A DNA stretch of 64,000 nt from Okamejei kenojei (GCA_035221665.1 CM069142.1:51212001-51276000), one strand, 5' to 3'. Shown: positions 52,487-64,000, counted from the first letter of the stretch. Notes: generated from the sequence alone by a model not told the origin. Numbers and translations are program-made.

Positions 52487-52627
52487 ACCACGTGGTTTCA
52501 ACTTCTCGCACTCCTAAAGTGCTTACTTTAATATCAGGCCTAAATCCTCTGGTTTCTGATACTCCTAATGTGATCAATCCAATCCCAGAAACTGAGCGCG
52601 CTAAGATAAAAGATGTTGACATTACAG
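52487..52627 (+). CDS. Repeat-gene exon, 141 nt: DHVVSTSRTPKVLTLISGLNPLVSDTPNVINPIPETERAKIKDVDIT
   Basis: ttttttatcccttcAG acceptor, ACAG|gtattt donor. Confidence 0.9.
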
Positions 52628-54298
52628 GTATTTCTGCCAATATTTGTTCCTTGGCTGTTGAGGTATGTGCTAAAGCAATAGAAGTTTAGCACGCATGCTT
52701 TTAATGCTATGCCACACAATCCCCGTGCAATCAGTGTTCACATTGCATGTGTGTAAAATATATCAACATGCTGTCTTGCATGCAGCTCATTTAATGTTGT
52801 GGCAATGTTTATGGGAAATCCACTTCATATTTCTTAAAATTTGTACTTTATGCTTACCTTTGTTAGGTTATTTTGTCAACGTCCTTATCTTACTGAGTTT
52901 AGGGATTGCGTAGCTGTAAAGTGTTTGTTCATTCTCCAATGACAATATTGTTGAAAAGTGTATTAAGTAATAATTAGCTGTGACATAGTGGAAAGTATGT
53001 TGCTCATGAACTCTCTCATTATACCATATATATCAGATTTTATTGGTGTATTATTGAATTAATTAATCAATAATTGGGGCATATTTTTTATTGCGCTGAA
53101 ATCACTGGCTACATGCCCTGGGGTTACACAGTTCCAGCATGGTCCCAGACACAGTGTTCACAAAGTCTCAGCTCCCAGTGCCTTGGCATAACTACCGACT
53201 GAGTCGGTGCATAGACAACTTACTGCACACACAGGATGTCTTTGAAAGCTTATTTAATGTCAGTGTGTCAGCTGTTTTTGACTGAATGTGTTCGGCATTT
53301 GCAAATTGGCAGCAACACTTTGAATTTGTTTAAAAAAAAGTCAATATACATTTGCAAAATAAATATATTACATTTAAGATCCAAAACACATTGACACTCT
53401 AAAAATGAATTTAAGACCCAGCTAAGCTAGACAGAAATTTGCCTGTATTTGGCCCCATATCCCTCTTTCCGTCCATTAGTCTTTCCTATCCATGTACCAA
53501 ATGGTTAGAAAATGTGTAGAGGTTTATGCTACACCATTGGAGTCCATGAAAAGTCAATAGAGGCAACCATTGCGCCTCCTACCCTGTATAGTTTAAACTC
53601 GCTCTCTGATCTAGTATTTAGTAACATTCCTATTGTAATCAATCTAATCCCTAAATGGAAATCATACTAATGGCAATACTTTTGTCTTGAAAATGAGTTT
53701 AAGAATAAATAACCATGTACAGGGAGAGGCTTATGCCAAAGTACCAGATTGTTAAGCAACGTTCTGAAGCTGCTATTCCATGTGTACACTGTTAAATGTT
53801 TGTTTGGATTACTTGTCTGCAAAGTGTCTGTGATTATCCATACACTACCTGCATGGAATTCAACTAGCTCCCAGCTATTCTGTTGTAATGTTTATTAAAT
53901 GATAAATCACTTTTCTGTAGTAGGAACATTGCTGCTGCATGGAGTGTCTGTTGTTTTATTACTCTTTGTGAATATTGTGGTGTTAAAAAGTATTATTCAT
54001 AGTGGAAAAATATTACTGCATGGTTTATCTATTGTCATACCATTTGTTTAAATCATTTTGAGTAACTTGGATTAATTAGGCTTAACATTCGATTAGTTTG
54101 GTACAGTAAAAATGTATTACCAATTAGTGTAGTTCATCACTTGACATGAATGCATTTAGTAATATAGTAGTTAGATTAATTAATCTACGTTGTTGCAATG
54201 TAATAATGTGCAGTAATACAATTGTGTACATCAAAATGATGTAAAAACATTTTCGGGCAAGATTAAAATTTGTACCTGGCTTCTTCTTATTCCCTCAG

Positions 54299-54421
54299 AC
54301 CATGAGGTGCCAACTTCTAACATGTTCAGTTTAATCCCAGACTCTGATCCACCAGCTACTGAATTTCCTAATATCCTCAATCCCATAACCAAGTCTGAAG
54401 ATATAGATATTAAAGTTGCAG
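54299..54421 (+). CDS. Repeat-gene exon, 123 nt: DHEVPTSNMFSLIPDSDPPATEFPNILNPITKSEDIDIKVA
   Basis: ttcttattccctcAG acceptor, GCAG|gtacct donor; indels relative to the module are multiples of 3. Confidence 0.88.
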
Positions 54422-55232
54422 GTACCTTTGATAACGTTTGTGCTTTGAGTGTGTATTGAGAAATAAATTAAATAAGAATAAGTTCATGCTGAGGTTTCTA
54501 TAAAAGTGCCAGAAACTTAGGTCAGATGCTGTACAAGCTTTTACAGTTAAATCTGTGTTAAAGTTGCAAGTATTCATGTATATAACCTGTTTAATGTTGA
54601 GCCAAATTGACATGAACAAGGCAATCCTTGAATTAATAAATATTTTGCTTATCTTCATCAGATGTTGATGTTGGAATCTTAGGCGTGTGATAAAAAAGAC
54701 AGTTAAGAAAAGGAATACTAATGAGAGTAAAGAAGTTTGTTGACAGTAAGGAGAATAGTCTTAGGTAACAGAACAACTTTGATTAACTGGTAAATTGGGT
54801 CTGGTGCTAATAGATGGGATTTAATAATAATAGTTTAATGTGGGGGAGTAAGAGGGTTAGTGAGGATATCGGGAGGGGGGGGGGGGGGTAGTGGGGGAGG
54901 GAGGTGGATCCATCCAATGGATGGCTGCAATATGATGTTTCTAGGCAGCATAGAAGGTTGGAGACCAAGTATTGATAAATGGGATTGGTATGGTTAAGTG
55001 TTTGATGGTTGGTGTCAACCTGATAGGCTAAAAACCTGTTTTTGTGTTGGATGCCTCTATCATTTGAGCAACATTCTTACATGATTGAAGTAGAGGCTTT
55101 GTTTTGTGCTAACCTATCATTGCGACTGGATGGAAAAATTGTGTTTCTCAAATGGCAGCAATCCTGCTCCATGGATTTCCTGGTGCTATATTATGCTTTG
55201 TGAATAATATCAAATTAATTAGGTAAGACATA

Positions 55233-56436
55233 CAGTGCCCTCCATAATGTTTGGGACAAAGACCCATCATTTATTTATTTGCCTCTGTACTACACAATTT
55301 GAGAATTGTAATAGAAAAAAAATCACATGTGGATAAAGTGCACTTTATCAGATTTTACTAAAGGCCATTTTTATACATTTTGGTTTCACCATGTTGAAAT
55401 TAAAGCAGTGTTTAAAATTAAAGCCCCCCCCCCCCCCCCCCCCCAATTTCAGTATGTTTGAGACACAACAATGTCATGCATGCTTAGTATTTTGTTGCAT
55501 AGCCTTTGCATGCAATGACTGCTTGAAGTCTGTGATTCATGGACATCACCAGTTGCTGGGTGTCTTCTCTGGTGATGCTCTGCCAGGCCTGTATTGCATC
55601 CATCTTTAGCTTATGCTTGTTTTGGGGGCTAGTCCTCTATTTCTCTTCAGCATATAAAAGGCATGCTCAATTGGGTTCAGATCGGGTGATTGACGACCAC
55701 TCAAGAATTCACCTTTTTTAGCTTTGAAAAACTCCTTTGTTGCTTTAATGGTATGTTTGGGATCATTGTCTTGCTGTAGAATGAACCACCGGCCAATGAG
55801 TATTGAGGGATTTGTTTGAGCTTGAGCAGGTAGGATGTGTATATACATTTCAGAATTAATTATGCTACTATCATCAGCAGTGTGGTTGCTCTTTTAAGTA
55901 TTTCTTGGCAAACTGTAACCTGGCCATCCTATTTTTGTGGCTAACCTGTGGTTTGTATCTTGCAGTGTAGCGTCTGTATTTCTGTTCATGAAGTCTTCTG
56001 ACGACAGTGGTCATTGACAAATCCACACCTGAAGAGTGTTTTTGATCTGACAGGTGTTTGGGGATTTTTCTTTATTATAGAGAGGAACAGTTGATAAAAA
56101 ACAATAAAAGTTTCCAAAGGTGATGGAAAGACTAGATGCTGAGAGCTCTCTTATACCTGCATTAAGGAGGCAGTTAAACACACCTGAGCAATTACAAACG
56201 CCCGTGAACTCATGTGTCCCAAACATTATGCTGCCCTGAAATGTGGGGACTATGTATAAACACAACTGTAATTTCTACATGGTGAAACCAAAATGTATAA
56301 AAATTGCCTTAAATAAAATCTGACAATGTGCACTTTAACCACATGTGATATTTTCTATTACAAATCTCAAATTGTGGAGTACAGAGGTAAATAAATAAAT
56401 GATGGGTCTTTGTCCCAAACATTATGGAGGGCACTG
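55233..56436 (-). mobile_element. Internally deleted Tc1/mariner transposon with long TIRs
   Basis: TA|CAGTGCCCTCCATAATGTTTGGGACAAAGACCCATC... with its exact reverse complement at the right end |TA; transposase remnant QQDNDPKH and SPDLNPIE on the minus strand. Confidence 0.95.
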
Positions 56437-56585
56437 TATCTATTTGATAATTGTGTGCAAAGTATCATTATTAATTAAATTGTATTCCTTTTATTGCAGG
56501 AATTAAAACTATTCATTTAAACAACGCGTATAATTCCCTTGTGAGACTACACATTTTCTCTCTGCCTTCCTTCTTATCTCTTTAG

Positions 56586-56726
56586 ATGATGAGGTGCCAA
56601 GCTCAGATATTCCGTTTGTGGTCACATTAATGCCGAACTATGTGCTGCCACTCACTGATACTCCTAATATGATCAATCCAATCCCAGAACCTGAACGTGC
56701 TAATGTAAAAGATACTGAAGTTAAAG
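56586..56726 (+). CDS. Repeat-gene exon, 141 nt: DDEVPSSDIPFVVTLMPNYVLPLTDTPNMINPIPEPERANVKDTEVK
   Basis: Long pyrimidine tract with tttAG; AAAG|gtactt donor. Confidence 0.9.
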
Positions 56727-57454
56727 GTACTTCTGTATGCTTTATTTATGTATGCTTTTCTTGTTGAGGTTTGTTATAAGGTGACAAGAAATTACCTTAC
56801 TTGTAGAATTGCTGCCTTACTTAACATGCATGCGACTTATTCAATGTCACAAACAGTATGAAATGAGCAACATAGAGCTTCTCACTCTTGAAATCTTGTG
56901 TATTATCACATGTACAGAGATATAGTAAAAAATGTTGTTTTGCATGCAAACCAGTCAAATTATACTATACACAAGTACAATCAAGTCACAAATGTGTATA
57001 AGTTATGCTAAAAGAGAAAGGAAACATAGTGCAAAACATATTGTTGCAGCTACAGAGAGAGTGGTGACAATAGAAAGTGCAAAAGCCACCATGAGGTAGA
57101 TGGGGAGACCAGCAACGCATGCTTCAATTTTTCAAGGTCTCTTCAAGGAAGTGGTAATAACAGGGATAGTGCTGTTCTAGAATCTGGTGTTACATGCTTT
57201 AAATCTTTTGTTTCATCTCCCCAACGGGAGAGGGAAGAGGAGAGAATGAAGTGGATGTGGGTGGACGTTAATTATATTGGCTGCTTTCCGGAGGCAGCGT
57301 GTGGTAGATGGAGGCAATGGTGGTGATGGGAAGGGGAAGTTTTGTTTGCATGATTGACAGGGCTGCATCCACAACTCTCTGCTACTTCCTGCGGTCTTGG
57401 GCTAAGCAGTTGTCAAACCAAGATATTGATGAGTAATTGGAGACGTTGGTGACG

Positions 57455-57860
57455 CTTCATTGGAGTACTGTGTTCATTTTCAGTGACATGCAATAGGAAA
57501 GATGTAATTAAGCTGGAAAAAATGCAAAGCAGATTTACAAAGATATTGCCAGGTCTTGAGGACCTGAAAATAGGGAAAGGTTGGACAGACTGGGACTTTA
57601 TTCATTGGAGTGTAGGAGGATGAGGGATGAGGCGTATAAAATTATGAGGGGAATAGAAAGTGTGGATGCACAATCTTTTAGCCAGGTTCAGGGAATCAAG
57701 AACCAGAGGATATAGGTTCAAGGAGAGAGGGAGAAAATTTAATAGGAAACTGAGGGGTGACGTTTTCCACTCGGAGAGGGTGGTGGGTATATGGAACGAG
57801 CTGCCAGAGGAGGTAGTTGAGCCAGGTACTATAACAGTGTTTGAACGACACTTGGACAGG
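57455..57860 (+). mobile_element. CR1 LINE 3' ORF2 fragment
   Basis: ttggagtactgtgttcattt; SRTRGYRFK...RVVGIWNELPEEVV. Confidence 0.8.
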
Positions 57861-57861
57861 T

Positions 57862-58552
57862 AGCAACAAAGAACTGCAGATGCTAGTTAATACACAAAAG
57901 GACACAAAGTGCTGGAGTAACTCAGCAGGTCAGGCAGCATCACTGGAAAACATGGTTAGGCGACATTTTGTTTCAGGACTTTTCAGACTGATTGTAGAGG
58001 GGGAGAAGGTGGTTGGAAAAGGGGAGAGGCAATAGGGCGACATAGGCAATAGGGAGTTAGAACAAAGGCCAGAGATAAGAACAGATGTGAGACAGGTTTG
58101 AAGAGTTGTGGAATGTGAAGCCAGAGTGAGAAAAGTAGGTGGAGGGGGGAGGGTACATATAGGTGGGAGTCCAGGTGGGGCACAGGGGTGGGAAGGGGTG
58201 GAGCAGTGGGGGATGTTTGGGGTAAGTTAGTTAGAGGTTACCATAAATTGGAGAATTAAATGTTCATACTGTTGGATTGTAAATTACCCAAATGGGAATA
58301 TGGGGTGCTGTTCCTCCAGTTTGTGTGTGGCCTCACTCTGGCAATGGAGGAGGCCCAAGACAAAGAGATCAGTGGGAATGGGAAGGGGAGTTAAAATAGT
58401 TTGCAACCGGGACATCCAGTAGTCCATGGCAGACTGAGTGCAAGTGTTCAGCGAAATGGTTGCCAAGTATACACGTAGTCTCGTTGATGTACAGGATGCC
58501 ACATCAGGAACACCAAAATGCAGTAGATGAGGTTAGAAGAGGTGAGTGTGAA
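57862..58552 (-). mobile_element. Penelope-like element remnant (GIY-YIG region plus terminal repeat)
   Basis: Minus strand VLGLLHCQSEATHKLEEQHPIF, with upstream tacatcaacgagac (YIxET-like) and ttcgctgaacac (FAEH). Confidence 0.7.
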
Positions 58553-58786
58553 CGTACACGGATACATAGATGAGAGAGATATGGGGCAAAAATTTGCTCA
58601 TCTCTGCTCGTTGAAAGATATTTGTCAATCCATCGTTGCATGCTGTGTTTTATCATTTTTGTATCATTTTAAAACAAATCCAGATGGTGCATAAGTCCGG
58701 GTAAAGGATGAGAAGTAATTTTCAGGGTTAGATCCTTCAGGATAATTTTATTTACTGTATATCATGCTTCCTTTGCATCCTGTCAG

Positions 58787-58882
58787 ACTGTGAAATGCCA
58801 ACATCTGACACTCCAAATTTGGTCATTTTAGAGCCAGACCATGAGTTCTTCGTCACTGATACATCTAATATAATTAAGTTTA
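58787..58882 (+). CDS. Truncated exon or pseudo-exon, 96 nt: DCEMPTSDTPNLVILEPDHEFFVTDTSNIIKF
   Basis: Good acceptor (tgtcAG), open; 3' third of the module deleted; weak in-phase donor TTA|gtacct. Confidence 0.4.
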
Positions 58883-59270
58883 GTACCTGCTCAGATAACA
58901 GAGAATGAGCATTTGTGCTCTGAGCATTGATGTTTCCGGGAAGTCATGCATTGTGATTATTTTATTCTCATTGTACTCTAGCTGGGCGGCACATTGTCAG
59001 CCAATCATGGCCATGAATTTGTGATTATTATTTGCCATTAAATTAGTACTGATTTGGGGAAACAATGATTGGCATGAAGTGGCAATATCACTGTAATGTT
59101 TTTATTACCATTAAATGTAATTGGTGAACATGTTAATTTGATACTTTTATATTATTCATAGTTCCACTTGAATATACAATAAAACAAATTGTAAAACATT
59201 GTCACAATTTGACGATGTCTAGTAAAACGATTTTTTGTCCAAAGCACTATTTTCTTCCTTATCTCTTCAA

Positions 59271-59403
59271 CTCACAAGGTGACAACCTCTGACACTCCTA
59301 ATATATGTAATATCCCAGGTTGAAAAATGCCAATGACATTACTAATGTGTGCAATACCATATTGAGTCCTGAACATTCTAAGTTTGAGATGCTAAGATTC
59401 CCG
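59271..59403 (+). pseudogene. Degenerate pseudo-exon (acceptor CAG>CAA, stops and frameshifts)
   Basis: ttccttatctcttcaa|...acaacctctgacactcctaat... is homologous to the module. Confidence 0.65.
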
Positions 59404-59936
59404 GTGTGGCTGACCCTATTTGTGCCTTGAGCGTGGACTGTGCAATGGAATAATTGATATACACAAACTGAGGTTTGTACAAATATACCTGTAGCAGAAA
59501 GTTAGGCCATGCCGTTTTATTGGTATTTAGGTTACAGGTTTGTAAAGTGCATTTGATAGTCGTGCCACAGTTTAAATTAACTGTGAAATTCACTAAATGC
59601 GTCTTGGAATTAAGCAATTTTAAAAATCTTTTTCGGATTATTTGGACAAAATTGTTAATCAACTGCTCATGGCAAGAATGTTTATTGGAGAGTAAATTTG
59701 TTTTGTGTTATACTATTGCTGGTTAATATTGAATTAATCAGGTAAATGGGGTATCATACACTGGTTAGTTCATGGTTTCACGCTATCCAGACAAATTCAT
59801 TATATGAAATGAATAAGAATAAATTTGTGAACATGGTACATAATAGTCCTATAATTCAATATTAATCATGAGAATAACAAATAATAAACCTGAGAAAAAC
59901 AGTATTTTGTATCCAGCTTCCTTCTTATCTCTTCAG

Positions 59937-60080
59937 ACCATGAGGTGAAAATCTCAGAAGCTACTACTAACGTGTTCACTTTAATGCCTGACGGTGGGCT
60001 GCCAGTCACTGATATTGCTAATGTGATCAATCCAATCCCAGAACCTGAGCATGCTAAGATAAGTGATACTGAAGGTACAG
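59937..60080 (+). CDS. Repeat-gene exon, 144 nt: DHEVKISEATTNVFTLMPDGGLPVTDIANVINPIPEPEHAKISDTEGT
   Basis: ttcttatctcttcAG acceptor, ACAG|gtatct donor; an in-phase alternative donor lies 6 nt upstream. Confidence 0.9.
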
Positions 60081-60639
60081 GTATCTTTAACAATATTTAT
60101 GACTTAAGCTTGTGTTATAGTAATGGAAATTTAGGGCACATGCAGCAAGTGCTACCACACGCTTTTACAGTTAATTGAGTTATGGTTGTTATTGCACTAT
60201 GTTGCTTGCAGCTTACAATGTTGTATCACGGCCCATGTGACATAAGCAATCTGTTGTAATTCTATGTCTTCGTCTTATGTATTTTGCTTTTTTTGTTGGG
60301 TTATTGTGCATATTTCATTAAGTTTACACATGGCTTAGATGTAAATGTGTTGTCTGCTGATCAGAACTATTTTGTTGAGAAGTTTATTGAATAATGATTG
60401 GATTTCATGCAATGGAAATTATATAGCACATACTTTTCATTATTTTACTCATACATGACTCTTCTCGAATAATACCGGATTAATTGGTCACCATTTTCTA
60501 TTAAACTTAGTTTAGTATATCAAAACTATTATTAATTCATGGTTAACTTCAATATTAAAATTATGAAAACAAATGCAGTATATTGATAGAATGTGATGAT
60601 ACCTGGTACTACTGCTATGTTCATCAAAATACCATGAAG

Positions 60640-60780
60640 ATTTTGTATCTGGATTCCGTCTTAACCCCTTGAATCAGCCCAGTTGAACCTCGACAATGTC
60701 ATTGACGTTCCTGAGATGATGATTGGAATCTCCTAATCTGAAGTTGCTAAGATTTGCTGACATTCTGGCAATATTTGTGC
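60640..60780 (+). pseudogene. Highly decayed exon-module remnant
   Basis: Retains the upstream motif attttgtatctgg and internal gtcattgacgttcct, ctgaagttgctaagat and caatatttgtgc, but no splice sites. Confidence 0.4.
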
Positions 60781-61699
60781 CTTTGTGAATCTAGGAAATC
60801 AGTGCCTAGTAACTGTATATGCCCTTATGTAACATGAATTTAGGACACATTCTAAAATGCCATTTGATGATTTTATAATTGAATGGTGGTATAATTCACT
60901 TGTGTCTGAATGTATTTGACAAGTCAGTACATTGTCTTGCTTGCAACTTGTAACAAAAACTATATGAAATGATGACACTGCTCTTCATTTCATGGGATTG
61001 AGTGATTCTGCTTATCTCTGTTGGATTATTTGTTCAGCACATCTTATTTGGAGAAATTTAGATGATGCGCTTGGCTATAAAGTGTTTGTCGAATTGTTGT
61101 GTCTGATTTGTTGTAGTGTGCTGGATGGTAATGCAACTTCTTAATGCATGGATTGTCTATTGCCATTTAAATCATGTACACTTCTGCTTTGAATATTTCT
61201 AATGTAATTGTCCTGAACATCAAGGAGAAAGTTTAACTTTTGTTGCTGTTATTGATTGTCTGCAAAAATATTAGTTGCTGGTTGTATTTAACAGCGCGCG
61301 GCCGATTATCTTGAGATTACTAGTATTAACGTTGTTGGAAGTTGTATTCAACCTGCAACCAGTACAGTTGCCCACAACATTAATGTGATTTGATATTATT
61401 TGAAAGATAATTTTGAATATTTTATGCATGGTTACTTTTGAATTCATTGCTTGTCCTTAGGATGTCATAGTAGGGCCAATTCAGCAATGGTGATACATTA
61501 ATGTCCTATAACAGAGAGAAGAAATTAATAAGCTGCTGAGTGCAACTGAAAAAAAAAGGCAATTTTCTGGTCATTTTGTACAACTCTAGTAATACCACTG
61601 GGCCAGTTGAGGGTTGGATGGGGAAGTTGATAGTCACACTTCAGGATGTGAATTGTATGTCATTCATACACAAGGTCACTTCATTTCTGATGTAACGCT

Positions 61700-62955
61700 C
61701 AATGATATATCTTAAATTAAAAAACAAATTAGGAGGTCAAAAAAGAGACATGAAATGGCCTTAACTAGCAGGACTATGGTGAATCCTCAAACCTTTACCG
61801 TTCAAAGTAAAGGAGTACTCTGGGAAAGAATGTGACCTCTCTGAGAAATCTACATGCGCACCCAGAGGATATGAGTGGGTTCCTAATTGAATACTTCTCA
61901 TCGGTATTCACCTTGAGCAAGATGTAGAGGATGGAGAGAGAGGTGTTAGTGGAGGAATATGTTGATATTTTGCAACGTTCATATGTGGAAGGGGATTTTG
62001 GAACATATTAAGTCAGTTAAATGCCCTGGGCCTGATGGGATTCTATTCTTAGATTATATTCAAAGCAGTGGAGGTGTTTGCTGAGGCTCCAAGGAGAGTT
62101 GTGTATCTTTGCTAGCCTCGAATGACATTCCAGAAAACTGGAGGATAGCAAATGTCATTCCCTTTTTTGAGAAAGACTGTAAGGTTAAGCCAGGAAACTC
62201 AGACATTACTTCTGTCATAGAAGAAAAAATACATGGGACAGGATTTATGCCCATTTGGAAAGTTAGGGACTGAGTATGAGGAGTCGAGGAGTCAGCTTGG
62301 TTTTGTGCAGGGGAAATCCTGTCTTGTACATTTATTTTGGTTTATTTGAGGTAACTATGAAGGTAGGGAATATATGCCATACACAAACTGTTGAAAGGCT
62401 TTTGTCCCACATGTTAGGATGGTTTGGAAGAATAAAGCACATTGGATTTGATATGTCTTGACAAATTGGAACCAAATGTGGCTTGGTGATGGAAGGCAGA
62501 GGGTTGATGGTGGAGGGTTGTTTTTCTGATTGGAAGTCAGTAATCAGTGGTGTACATTGGGGATCAGTATTGGGACCTTGCTGTTTATCATCTATATATG
62601 GATGATAATTATATGGATGAGAATGTAAGTTATCTGATTAGTAAGTTTATTGACGACATTAACTTGGAGGCATATCAAAAGATAAGTTTGTCTAAAGGTC
62701 CAGAGGGATAGATCAGCTAGAAAATTGTGTGGATACGTGGCAGATGGAATTTAATCAAGACAATTGTGAGGGAATGTATTTTGGGATGTCAAATAATGGC
62801 ATAATATATAGAATAAGAAGCAGGGGGTGTTGATGTACAGAGAAACCTTGGAATGTAAATTCATAGTTCACTGAAAATGGTGACATTAACATATATGGTG
62901 GCGAAGAAGACATTTGGCATGCTTGTCTTCATTGGCTGAGACACTGACTACAAAC
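61700..62955 (+). mobile_element. Old degenerate CR1 LINE
   Basis: cctgggcctgatggga (PGPDG), actggaggatagcaaatgt (WRIANV), gggaaatcctgtct (GKSC), tggcagatggaatttaat (WQMEFN). Confidence 0.8.
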
Positions 62956-63253
62956 ATAGAACAGTCCAGCACAGGAACAGGCCCTTCACCTCACATGATG
63001 TCAAGTTTTGGATGTCGCTGTGCTGTAGAACTCTGACTTCATTACCTCAATTTTTTTCTAACAAAAGCTGTATTTCTAAGTTTTGTTATTTGGATTGGAA
63101 TCAAATCTCTCATCTGAGAGGACTGGGAGAATTTTACATGGAAGCTTCTTTATTCTTTTGGAACAGCCACTACATTTATGAAAGTGCACACAACCACCCT
63201 TGCATGCTTTTCACTTGGTTTATTTCATTTGGTATATTTGTTATTTGTTACAG

Positions 63254-63334
63254 ACCATGAACTCTCAACATCTAAGACTGCAAAATTGTCTAATCCAACC
63301 CATGTTTATAATGCAGGAGAGAAACAACAGACAG
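63254..63334 (+). CDS. Repeat-gene exon, 81 nt: DHELSTSKTAKLSNPTHVYNAGEKQQT
   Basis: tttgttacAG acceptor, ACAG|gtattc donor, phase 1-1. Confidence 0.85.
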
Positions 63335-63933
63335 GTATTCAAAAAGTTATCAGGCTCTAAATAATAAGTGATGTAAATACTGACCATGGAAGAAATTTTA
63401 TGCACATTCACCTTTGGCATTTTGCATGATTTTGTTTCTATTAGCTGTTGTGTCTAACAATTTAAGTACATTTATACAATTAATTTTATAGAATTATGCA
63501 CATCAATTTGCTTGAAGTTTGCTTGGTAATTATTTATATTTGACCATATTAAATTAAATTGCTGCAGCAGAGTATTTTAACTATGGCAAAGCTGAGTGCA
63601 TGAGATATTATGGAATCATTAACAAGTGGTCTTTAGGGTGAATAATGTATGAAATATAAAAGATCAGTTTGGTTTAAGTTCAAAGCTAGTGCAAGAAATC
63701 AGATGGAATAACTGTCTATAATAATATGTACCAGGAATATCATCGGGGGTCCACAGCTTTTATTGGAGATAAAACATTCAGATTTCTTATGAATCCATTG
63801 GCTATACTGAAATAAACATATTGATCCAATACAAACACAGTCACAAATGTTTCAGATGCCAAAATAGGCAGATTATTACTCTACTTGGTAAAGACACAAG
63901 ATTTGTATTTGGTTTCTTTGTCATCCTTTACAG

Positions 63934-64000
63934 ACCATAAGCTGCCAATCTCTGACACTTCACATGTGTTTATTCCAACCCCTGTTTCTGAGATTGACCA
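63934..64000 (+). CDS. Repeat-gene exon cut by the window end: DHKLPISDTSHVFIPTPVSEID...
   Basis: tcatcctttacAG acceptor, DH start, open to the edge. Confidence 0.8.

Noticed and set aside
54873-54905. G-run (and the C-run at 55424-55444) as a functional G-quadruplex or inverted pair
   Set aside because: Simple homopolymers inside repeat-derived sequence with no flanking complementarity.
1743-64000. Assigning a gene symbol (CD44, ABI3BP, PTPRC, a MUC gene, or SCPP)
   Set aside because: No diagnostic domain in the window. SCPP exons are phase 0 rather than phase 1, and the others match only in architecture.

Overview
AT-rich vertebrate genomic DNA, most likely from a cartilaginous fish (skate or ray), judged from CR1/HER1-like LINE 3' ends, HE1/V-SINE-like tRNA SINEs and Penelope-type fragments. 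The ORF track is mostly noise or TE remnants. The main signal is one + strand gene that spans the whole window. It is built from about 35 short (69-147 nt) homologous exons, all symmetric phase 1-1 (...YAG | [E/D]... T G | GTA...). Together they encode roughly 1,330 aa of Cys-free Ser/Thr/Pro/Asp/Glu-rich, mucin- or proteoglycan-stalk-like sequence. The exon family shows birth and death: old divergent 69-93 nt exons at the 5' side, a lengthened ~141 nt module (51+90 nt internal duplication) from ~27 kb, a recent 11-copy ~620 bp exon+intron tandem array at 38.8-49.9 kb interrupted by three LINE insertions, and at least 6-8 broken pseudo-exons. No start, stop, signal peptide or globular domain is visible, so I give no gene symbol. 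All exon calls were made by hand from splice signals, frame and mutual homology, with no transcript data.
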